The notes: generated by a model not told the origin, from the sequence alone. A DNA stretch of 62,743 nucleotides, filler included, from Babesia bigemina (GCF_000981445.1; 12 parts of 12 records of this genome joined end to end with filler, not necessarily neighbours in it), one strand, 5' to 3'; counted from the first letter of the whole stretch, positions 1 through 10,044 are shown. Translations and numbers: made by a program.

Positions 1-525
1 CCCTTAACCCACTCTACATCGCTCCTTAACCCACTCTACATCGCCCCTTTACCCACTCTACATCGCCCCTTAACCCACTCTACATCGCCCCTTAACCCAC
101 TCTACATCGCCCCTTTACCCACTCCACATCGCCCCTTTATCCACTCCACATCGCCCCTTTATCCACTCTACATCGCCCCTTTACCCACTCTACATCGCCT
201 CTTTATCCACTCCACATCGCTCCCTAATCCACCCTACATCGCTCCTTTATCCACTCTACATCGCTCCTCTACCCACTCTACATCGCTCCCTAATCCACTC
301 CACATCGCTCCCTAACCCACTCTACATCGCCTCTTTATCCACTCTACATCGCCCCTTTATCCACTCTACATCGCCCCTTACCCACTCCACATCGCTCCCT
401 AACCCACTCTACATCGCTCCCTAACCCACTCTACATCGCCCCTTTATCCACTCTACATCGCTCCCTAACCCACTCCACATCGCCCCTTAACCCACTCTAC
501 ATCGCCCCTTTATCCACTCTACATC
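1..525. repeat. 22-23-bp C-rich tandem satellite upstream of ves gene
   Basis: Tandem units of CCACTC(T/C)ACATCGC(C/T)CC(C/T)T(T/A)A(T/C); ends at ...CTACATC followed by the conserved ves leader. Confidence 0.97.
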
Positions 526-553
526 CTTCGAATCACCTCGCCATAATACCGCT

Positions 554-673
554 ATGACCTCTATAAACCATCACAATAACTTGTGCCTTGTCACCCTTCA
601 CTTCCCCTCTTCCACCTCTTGCCACTGCCCTGACCATGTGCCGCCTGGGGAGCTTGACAAGAAATTTGACTAA
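554..673 (+). other. 39-codon upstream ORF in the conserved ves leader, in frame with the main ORF
   Basis: ATG 554 reads MTSINHHNNLCLVTLHFPSSTSCHCPDHVPPGELDKKFD, then TAA 671-673. The same frame continues into ...GLETFLGF...GIVYSDLDRLCDGVMG. The paralog at 15275 has AAA at this codon. Confidence 0.7.
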
Positions 674-832
674 ATTTTGAACCTCAAAAATACCTCAAAT
701 AACAACCCTACTAACATCCTTACTAACCTCTGCACCGGCCTCGAGACTTTCCTCGGCTTCCACCCTTCTTCCAAAGGCTACGACGGCAGTGGGATTGTGT
801 ACTCTGACTTGGATAGGCTGTGTGACGGGGTG

Positions 833-3800
833 ATGGGATTTTTGAGTGGTGTGCTTGAAGCGGTGAAAGATGAAAATGAAGTTGAAACATATGATAAAAA
901 TGATGATCTTAAACTTGAAAAAGTACTAGACACCTTAACTAAAAAAATTGGCTCCGGGCGTGCTGGGCTTGCGGCGTCTGTCGGCGCGGTGAAGGGGTGG
1001 TTGGAGGGGTATGAGAGGGAGGTGGAGGAGAAAACAAAAACCATATTAAGTTGCGTTAGTGTCATAAAAAATAGTGTCGAATCAAATTTTAATAAGATTT
1101 CACAGCCTAAGAATAACAATGCTAAACCAAATGAATTTGTTGCCCTTGCCGAAGTTACGAACCACCTCAAGCAATGCATTGACACAGCTATGAAAGGTAC
1201 GGCTGCAGTTCTGGACGTCGATAACTATGGACTGAGGTCTTTGGATCTGGACCTTCGTAAGAAGCTTAGAGAGCCATTAATGAAAGTTAAGCATGAAGTT
1301 CAACGCTTTGGTATGTCGTCGGATAAAGACTTATTGCAACTTGAGGAGATGAAGAAAAACGTTAATAATACACTTGAAATGTTGAAAACTACTTTGAAGC
1401 AGAGAATTAAATATGAAGTGGCATGCCTAGTGGGTACACTAAAACAGAAAGTTTGCGATTTGAAAAAGCAGTTGAAAACCATCAACGCGAAGTTGGCTAT
1501 CTATGCAAGAAACATGTACACATGGATCACGGATGCGGAAAAAATTGTTGGTGCAGTAATATACGATGCGAAGGGAATTGAGGACCAAGATATCGGAAAA
1601 AATATTCAGAATGCGACAACCGCGACTGCAGATTTTGTAGAATCATGGCAATCGAAGTTGTCGAAACACTTCACTGAAGTTGTAGAAAAAGCACAGAAAG
1701 TTGAAAGTGTAGTGTCGCAAATTGATGCTCAGCTCAAAAAGGATTTGGAGAGGATGGAAGGTGCGATTTTTGACCCTCTCAGTAGCATTAAAACTCGTTC
1801 GCAAGCGTTAGAATCGAAATTTAAAGCAACCAAAAGTGCGATAGAGAAAGCGATTAAAAAAGTAGAGGGAGACATCGCGCAACTTCAAAGTCTCGCAAAA
1901 TTTGAGGATATTGATTCTTCACTTGGAGATAAAACTAGGTTACTTAAAGCCATCGGTGATACAAGTAGCAATTCATTTGACACTCTAAAAGACTATTTTT
2001 CGAATATTACCACCAAACTAATGATGCCGTTGAAGGAAGCTATGGCAAGGATAGGTGAAGGAGTTGGAAGGGTTGGTAATAAGGTTAAAAAAGATGAGTT
2101 CAACAGTGCATTTGCGCCTCTTAGATCTCATATATTAGCTCCACTTCAAGAACTTCAGAATGTTATTAGTGGTGCTGCTATGTCGTTTGATATCACTAAG
2201 GTTAGTATCGATGGTATAGACATGACAAGTATACCTAAACTTACAGCCAGCATCGGTCCCAATATAAGCAGTATTCAAAAATTGCTACCAAAGCTAAGAG
2301 GCCATTCTAACTTGATAACGCAAGAAGACTTACAAAATTTTGTTCGGGATCTCGGAAAGATCCCTCAAGCCGTGTCAGAGCACTCCCATAAGATTGTGGA
2401 AACAGTAATGACCACGGTGAAGAATGAAGTACAAAAGGAAATTGGAGAGGTGGTTACTGAAATTGACAAAAGTGTCAAAGATTGCAAAACGCTCGTCACG
2501 CATTTGGGTGGCAAGGTCACACTCAAGAAAATCAAAATTGACGGAGAAGCAGTCTTAAGCGTTCAGAAGTTATTGACTGATTACCATGACCAAATAGATA
2601 GAAAGCTTGAGGAGATGAAGGATACGCTCACCAAAAAAACCTTTAAGAAAATGACGAGTGGTGGTATTAACGGCATAGATGTCTCCCAAACATTGACAAC
2701 GTACCATAGCTACAAAAACGAAACCCTCAAGCCAGCCGTCGACGCCGCACACAGCAAAGCGTCTGAATTAGTCGCCCCCGAAATCGACGCTGTATTTAGC
2801 AACTTGTCTTCTAGAATTAAAGAAAATCTCGATGCACTATTGAAAGCCTTCGCAGATACCGGCAAAAACATCAAGAATAATATGGAGAATCTAAAAAAAT
2901 ATATATCTAAAGGTGATGATCGAATTGGCCTTCAACAAATTCATAAAAACATCTGTGATACGATAGAAAATGAGTTAGCGACAGCAATTAGACACGCCAA
3001 CGCTTTCATTTGCACAGACGCGGATAAGTGTCAAGAAAATTGCTTAGACGCACTCAATGAGTTTTTCGACTGCGAAATACAAAAGGCCCAAGACAACATA
3101 ATCGCCCAAGCCGAGAAGCAGTACGTCGATTCCCGCATCCACGGCATGAGCATTCTTAACAACGTGGTTGAGAAGCAGTACGAGAAGATTGTATTTGTCA
3201 TCGGCTATAATAAAGCAAATGGTGTTAAAGGTATGTTCAACATATTGAAAGATAAATTGATCGTCGAAGTTGGCGAAATGAAAGACACCAATCCGTCTCC
3301 ACCGCAATCATCAAGCAGGGCTAAGCAGAAATCTCCACTCAGCGAAGCCAGCAAACTATTAAACAAGGGAATCATGAGCCTCGTGGGAGCGATGGAGGAA
3401 CAAAGGAAAGAATTTGCTGAGTGGCCCGCTGAATTTGCTGACCGTAGCATAATGTTCCCTGACTCCTCTACGTACGTGGAACTATTTGCAACTATGGACA
3501 CCGTGCTCACTGGGATTATGGATTCTAATCACTTCGACCACAAATTCACCGATAACCTCCAATCCCTCACCGCCGCCCTGTCCGCCTTCGCTCCCACCAA
3601 ATTCGGCGAACGTTCCAGTCCCATCCTCCAGGCGTTCAAGGACGGCATCAGCGGTTTGGCAAGGGAGCTTGACAAATCCTATGTCAGCACTTACTGCTGC
3701 CAACCCTTCGTCGCCACCTTGGTAGAACCTGAAATCTCTACGGAGGCTGTTCCCTGATGACAAACGCAAATTGACTCCCTACGGTGAGAAACTGTCAAAG

Positions 3801-5924
3801 GTGTGTCTCACAACGTTAAGCATGTTCTTCCATGAATTGTATTACCTGTTCTACCACTGCACTACCAAGTGGCAGGGATACACAATCGATGGTAAAGACG
3901 GCAAGAACGATTTGAAAGATTTTCTGTTGAAATCCGGTTATGAGATTTACAATCTTATAAATAAGGATCACGACGCTAGGAACGTTGCCTTACGTCTGAG
4001 TAGAGGCTTCAATCAGAAAGGTGAATTTGACAAAGCTCCCGATTCAAAGCTTACCTTCGAAAGATACTTTACGTCAATTAGTAAATTCCAAAATGTAGTG
4101 TCGAAGCTTTTCGGACACCTGGAAACGTATCTCTGTGTCACTCACCTACGCCATCTTGACGGTGCAAAGGCGCCTCGCAACATATATCAGATGCTTCAAT
4201 GGTGTTGTGGGCTTCGATATAATCCTATGTATGAAGGCGTATGCGAATACATCCGAGAATTATTCCCCAAAGTCGAAAAAGGTAAAAATGAACAGTATTC
4301 CAACGTTCATCCTGTTCTGCTGAAGCAACCTGCCACCCAGGACTTTAATGCTCAAGACGTATACTACAACCTTCAAGACGTCTGCAAACAAACTGAAACT
4401 GTGTTGATCGCCATACAGGGCCACGGCCACGCGGCTGGCCGGTACGCGGTTGACTTCAGCACTAATGAGGACAAGCTATTATATCCAAACAAGCCATCGC
4501 AGTGCTTCGATCAGCTCTTCGCAATATTATGTAGGCTTCACCAGCAACTGTACTTCTTATGTTCACAGGTCCACAACGGCACTGAAAGCAGCGGATGGCG
4601 TGACTGCTGGTATGGCAGATACGTTGGTGGTTCGGCATGGGACTGCAATACCCATCAATGTGCTGACCAAAAGTGCAACCAAACACGTAACCAAATACAT
4701 GACCAAAACGGTGACCAACACCCTAGTTGCGGTTTGAAATCGCCGCTTCAGTCCTTCCTCGAAGATGGTCTGCCAGCGTTCCTGCCTCATTCAATTGGCA
4801 ATATTGGTTGTAGAATAACCTGTAACATGAGTAACCACTTCGGCAAACCATGCAAAACGCCGATGGGCTTTACCGATATTACCACCGTCGCATCGCATAC
4901 CATGAAAGGTGAGCATCTCAAAGCCGTTCTACGACATTTCTGCGGCTATCAAGTTTCCGCCCTCAGCAAGCTGTGCGCTCAACTTAATTGTCTTCTTGCC
5001 ACCACACCGAAGACTTTGGATGATTTGTTCAGTTTCTTCTTCAATTTCCTGTATCACTGGAATCACAGAGGGCAAGAGCACAAGAAAGAAGCATTTAATA
5101 AAGCAATCAACAAGGCATATTTCGAGAATCCCTATGACCTTAATCCCACTACCATTCTTAACAGTAGCCATCATCACGACAGATCCGGAAATAATAATCA
5201 TCTTACTGGCGATCTATTTAGCCTTGTCTATTGCAATTATGCAACCGATGCATCAGTGCGACCGTGTGGTTACTATTTGAAACCACTTAGTGAGGACATC
5301 AGCTGTATATTTTCCTATAGAAATGCCGACAAATATCTTTCTTGGGTTGTATACCTTACCGAAACCTTCTATAATCTTCTTCACCAATTGTGGAAGGAAT
5401 GTTGCGACAACTGTACGTCGCCTGGATCCAAATGCCATGGTAAAGTTTGTATCGAGAATTGTCCATTAAGCAATGAGAAGCCACAAAGCAGCGACAACCA
5501 TGACCCAGGCTGCAAATCCATAGTGCAGTGCCCTGCTACTCGTCCTACATTATCGAAATATGGATTTACATTATATAGTCCACACAAGCTTACTGGCGCG
5601 GGGACGTTTGCAAATCAGAAAAGAACATGCAAAGATTTCTGCGACGCACTGAAAATCATAGTTGGCGAAAATTCAGTACTCATCGATTTACGACAGCGGA
5701 TCGACAACTTCATTTGGACCATCAGAGAACCGTTCACCTATCTCGTCCTGGCACTTTGGTCGCTATCTCTCTTCTACCTCCTCTGCGTAATGGTTGGCAG
5801 ACTGGATGTGCTCCACATACGCTCACACCTGAGGATACCGTCGTCGCACAAGATAACAGCGCAATCATTGTTGGCAGCAGCGCAAGTCGGAAGGCTTGCC
5901 AAGATATCGTACCTGCAACCGTGA
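833..5924 (+). CDS. ves: VESA1-like variant erythrocyte surface antigen, ~1700 aa; one-base frameshift at 3752-3754 (pseudogene or sequencing error)
   Basis: Family motifs GIVYSDLDRLCDGVMGFLSGVL, SPLQSFLEDG and KYLSW, a Cys-rich C-terminal domain, TM segment and tail ...QSLLAAAQVGRLAKISYLQP. ORFs 677-3757 and 3771-5924 join (AVPDDKRKLTPYGEK) if one C is removed. Start placed at the ATG of GVMGF. Confidence 0.85.
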
Positions 5925-5927
5925 TCG

Positions 5928-5992
5928 TACTCACGTCTGTAATTCACATCAACTCACGTAACTACTCACTTAGAGAATCACCTACTCACCTA
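5928..5992 (+). promoter_or_regulatory. ACTCAC motif cluster immediately 3' of ves stop codon (putative 3' UTR element)
   Basis: ACTCAC at 5929, 5952, 5964 and 5984; similar clusters follow every ves stop in the window. Confidence 0.4.
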
Positions 5993-6077
5993 AAAAACAA
6001 ACGTAGTCTAATGTTTTGAATTACTCTAGCGGCAACCTGTGAACTAAATAGCGTTAAGATTAAGTGATGAGTAAACG

Positions 6078-6388
6078 ACCAAGCTAAGTGCTAAGCTGGC
6101 ACACAGGCAAAGTGCTGAGCAAGCAACCAGGCTAAGTGTTGACCTAGCGACCAGGCAAAGTGCTAAGCTGGCACCCAGGCAAAGTGGTAAGCTAGCAATC
6201 AGGCAAAGTGGTAAGCTGGCATCCAGGCAAAGTGGTAAGCAAGCACCCGGGTAAAGTGCTAAGCAAGCAACCAGGCAAAGTGGTAAGCTAGCACACAAGC
6301 AAAGTGGTAAGCTGGCACACAGGCAAAGTGGTAAGCTAGCACACAGGCAAAGTGCTAAGCTAGCAACCAGGCAAAGTGGTAAGCTGGC
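6078..6388. repeat. 24-bp tandem repeat (GGCAAAGTG(G/C)TAAGCTAGCAACCA), ~13 units
   Basis: Visible 24-nt period; the same repeat occurs at 42863-43358. Confidence 0.95.
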
Positions 6389-6890
6389 GGATGAAACGTA
6401 ATATGGCAAGTTGGTTGTTGCGTTGAGCTGTGCGTTGACTGTGAGAGGTGTCTGCGTTGCCTATTGAGTCAGTGTCACGTGAGGCTGGGTGATTGGTTTC
6501 TAACGTAGGCGGTCGTGAAGGCCGCGGCGGGTGACCTAAGTCGTGTGTTGCGAGTCGCTGGCACGGTGGCGTAATCGGCGTTGGCCTCGTTAAGTAGCGT
6601 TTATAGGCAGCGATGTAGCGATTGTTAATATCACATTTAGGCACGTAGCCGACACGCTCCGCCAGTATGGCGCCGATACCGCGGCTCGTAGCACGGTGCT
6701 GCTGCACTGTGGGAGTTGAGCGCACGGGGTTCGCTGCAATTTTAATGGCGTTGCGAATAGTGAGTAATTTAGAGTGACAGTTGGTGCCGATAACATGCGT
6801 CGCGTCAGGCGTAACCGTGGTATCCTGGGCAGCGTGGGTGTCGGTGGCCTGGGCTGGGTGGATACAGGGGTGAGGGTTAAGTAAGTCATG
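6389..6890. other. Conserved non-repetitive GC-rich block (putative promoter/5' region of the Cys-rich gene)
   Basis: Highly similar, colinear copy at ~43359-43870; the ORFs predicted over it differ between copies. Confidence 0.6.
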
Positions 6891-7165
6891 TTGCAGTTGG
6901 TGAGTGCGTTGCTAGGTGATTGACATGTCTGCAGGGTGAGGGGACTGGGAGCGGCAGTGGTACGTGTTGCAGTTGGTGAGTGCTGCTTGAGTGATTGATA
7001 TGTTTGCAGGCTGAGGGGACTGGGAGCGGCAGTGGTACGTGTTGCAGTTGGTGAGTGCTGCTTAGGGATTGATATGTTCGCAGGTTGAGGGGACTGGGAG
7101 CGGCAGTGGTACGTGTTGCAGTTGGTGAGTGCTGCTTGAGTGATTGATATGTCTGCAGGCTGAGG
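6890..7165 (+). repeat. ~75-bp tandem repeat, each unit a GTGAGT...GCAG 33-35-nt intron-like segment plus a 41-nt exon-like segment
   Basis: Intron-like segments 6900-6934, 6976-7009, 7051-7083 and 7125-7158, each with TTGA(C/T) before the AG. Confidence 0.8.
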
Positions 7166-7169
7166 GAAG

Positions 7170-7709
7170 ATGTCGGGAATAACGATTAGGTCAGGTGCTC
7201 CGTGTTCGGAGTGTGATTATAGTTGTATAACTTATCAAACGTGTAACTGCTGTCGCTGGTGTTGTAAAGTATGTAAGACTCAATCATGCCGTGTATGTTT
7301 GATTTGGTATTTCTACAGGGACTCGGGTCCAAAGGAATGTCATCCTAAGGGATGTCGTTCCAAAAAAAAAGAATGCACTGAACCCACTTGTCCATGTAAC
7401 TGTTGCATACAGAAATGTCAAGAGCAGCCTGAAACCTGCAGTCCCCCCGCTCCACGCCCTCTCTCTGATTCCTCCGATGCTCAGCCTCACGCCGGCGGTC
7501 AAGATCATGCATCCCGTACCGAAGCTCTCATTGATGAAAACGAATCTCATTCTGCCTCCACACCTTCCCCCCCTCCCTACTCCGTCATCGCCGCCGTCAT
7601 CGTTGCCATCATCCTGCTCGACCTGTGCATCTTCCGCTTCCCGGTGGGCCGCAACATCCGCGATTTCCTCGTACGCAAGATACCCTTCTGCATCGCGTTT
7701 TACAGCTAA
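7170..7709 (+). CDS. Small Cys-rich protein (20 Cys in N-terminal ~90 aa) with Pro/Ser linker, C-terminal TM helix and basic tail, 179 aa
   Basis: Intact ORF. The paralog at 44125 conserves all 20 Cys and the tail IILLD(L/I)CIFRFPVGRNIRDFLVRKIPFCIAFYS, with mostly synonymous differences. Confidence 0.85.
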   Translation: MSGITIRSGAPCSECDYSCITYQTCNCCRWCCKVCKTQSCRVCLIWYFYRDSGPKECHPKGCRSKKKECTEPTCPCNCCIQKCQEQPETCSPPAPRPLSDSSDAQPHAGGQDHASRTEALIDENESHSASTPSPPPYSVIAAVIVAIILLDLCIFRFPVGRNIRDFLVRKIPFCIAFYS

Positions 7710-7856
7710 TCTTGACAATTTGGTGGTGCAAATTTCTTAATCAAAATCCCACTGATCACCTAACTGGCAACTGACATCTAATGTTCTAGACAGAGTAATG
7801 ATTGCGTTGATGATCAATCACATGAGCAGTGAGGTGACCTACCACCTGACTTAGTA

Positions 7857-7977
7857 ACTGACCAAGACACTGACCAAAGTGCTGACCAATGTGTTGACCA
7901 AAGTGCTGACCAATGTGCTGACCAATGCCATGACCAGAGTGGTGACCAAAGTGATGACCAAGGTGCTGACCAAGTTG
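7857..7977. repeat. 12-bp minisatellite (GTGCTGACCAA(A/T/C/G))
   Basis: Visible 12-nt period. Confidence 0.93.
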
Positions 7978-8338
7978 ATGGTCACGGCAGCGAGGACATG
8001 GTCACGGCAGCGATGACATGGTCACAGCAGCGGTGACATCGTTACGGCAGCGATGACATGGTTACGGCAGCGATGACATGGTTGCCGCAGCGATGACATG
8101 GTCACGGCAGCGATGACATGGTCACAGCAGCGGTGACATGGTTACGGCAGCGATGACATGGTCACGGCAGCGATGACATCGTTACGGCAGCGATGACATG
8201 GTTACGGCAGCGATGACATGGTTACGGCAGCGATGACATGGTCACGGCAGCGATGTCTTGGTCACGGCAGCGATGACATGGTTACGGCAGCGATGACATG
8301 GACACGGCAGAGATGTCACGGTTACGGCAGCGATGACA
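7978..8338. repeat. 20-bp tandem repeat (ATGGT(C/T)ACGGCAGCGATGAC), ~18 units
   Basis: Visible 20-nt period, no spacers. Confidence 0.96.
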
Positions 8339-8372
8339 GTAGTGACCAAGCACCTTAACTAAGTGGTGATTA

Positions 8373-10044
8373 TTATCCACTCTACATCGCCCCTTTATCC
8401 ACTTTACATCGCCCCTTAACCCACCCTTCATCGCCCCTTAACCTCCTCTAATCGCCCCTTAACCTCCTCTAATCGCCCCTTTATCCACTCTCCATCGCCC
8501 CTTTATCCACTCTACATCGCCCCTTTATCCACTCTCCATCGCCCCTTTATCCACTCTACATCGCCCCTTAACCCACTCTACATCGCTCCTAATCCACTCC
8601 ACATCGCTCCCTAATCCACTCCACATCGCTCCTTTACCCACTCTACATCGCTCCCTAATCCACTTCACACCGCCCCTTAACCCACTCTACATCGCTCCCT
8701 TATCCACTTCACACCGCCCCTTTATCCACTCTACATCGCCCCTTATCCACTCTACATCGCTCCCTAATCCACTCTACATCGCCCCTTAACCCACTCTACA
8801 TCGCCCCTTTATCCACTCTACATCGCTCCCTAATCCACTCCACATCGCTCCCTAACCCACTCTACATCGCTCCCTTATCCACTCTACATCGCTCCCTTAT
8901 CCACTCTACATCGCCCTTTAACCCACTCTTCATCGCCCCTTATCCACTCTACATCGCCCCCTGAAGGACTCTACATCGCTCCCTATACCCTCCACATCGC
9001 CCCCTTATCCACTCTACATCGCTCCCTTATCCACTCCACATAGCCCCCTTAACCACTCCACATCGCTCCCTAAACCACTCTACATCGCCCCCTTATCCAC
9101 TCTACATCGCCCCTTTATCCACTCTCCATCGCCCCTCTATCCACTCCACATCGCTCCCTAACCCACTCCACATCGCTCCTTAACCCACTCTACATCGCCC
9201 CTTTACCCACTCTACATCGCTCCTTTACCCACTCTACATCGCTCCTTTATCCACTCTACATCGCTCCCTAACCCACTCTGCATCGCCCCTTTATCCACTC
9301 TACATCGCTCCCTTATCCACTCCACATCGCTCCTTAACCCACTCTACATCGCCCCTTAACCCACTCTACATCGCTCCCTAACCCACTCTACATCGCCCCT
9401 TTTGTCCACTCTACATCGCTGCTTTATCCACTCCACATCGCCCCTTAACCCACTCTACATCGCTCCTTTACCCACTCTACATCGCCCCTTAACCCACTCT
9501 TCATCGCTCCCTAACCCACTCCACATCGCCCCTTTAACCACTCTACATCGCCCCTTAACCCACTCTACATCGCTTCCTAACCCACTCTACATCGCCCCTT
9601 AACCACTCCACATCGCCCCTTTACCCACTCTACATCGCTCCCTAACCCACTCTACATCGCTCCTTAACCCACTCTACATCGCTCCCTAATCCACTCTACA
9701 TCGCTCCCTAACCCACTCTACATCGCCCCTTTATCCACTCTACATCGCCCCTTAACCCACTCTGCATCGCCCCTTTATCCACTCTACATCGCTCCTTACT
9801 CCACGCTACATCGCTCCTTAACCCACTCCACATCGCTCCTAATCCACTCCACATCGCCCCTTTACCCACTCTACATCGCCCCTTAACCCACTCCACATCG
9901 CCCCTTTATCCACTCTACATCGCCCCTTAACCCACTCTACATCGCCCCTTTATCCACTCCACATCGCCCCTTTATCCACCCTACATCGCTCCTTAACCCA
10001 CCCTACATCGCCCCTTTATCCACTCCACATCGCCCCTTTATCCA
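8373..10044. repeat. 22-23-bp C-rich satellite (runs into gap)
   Basis: Starts right after AAGTGGTGATTATTAT; same unit as 1-525. Confidence 0.97.

Noticed and set aside
3752..3773. Programmed ribosomal frameshift in ves gene 1
   Set aside because: No slippery heptamer, paralogs are continuous here, and a homopolymer error is simpler.
6560..6640. tRNA gene (GGCACGG-TGGCGTAATCGG resembles a tRNA 5' end)
   Set aside because: No D-stem complement, anticodon arm, TTC loop or acceptor-stem partner at the required spacing.
7978..8338. 20-bp, 24-bp and 22-23-bp arrays as CRISPR arrays
   Set aside because: Units are head-to-tail with no unique spacers, there are no cas genes, and the context is eukaryotic.
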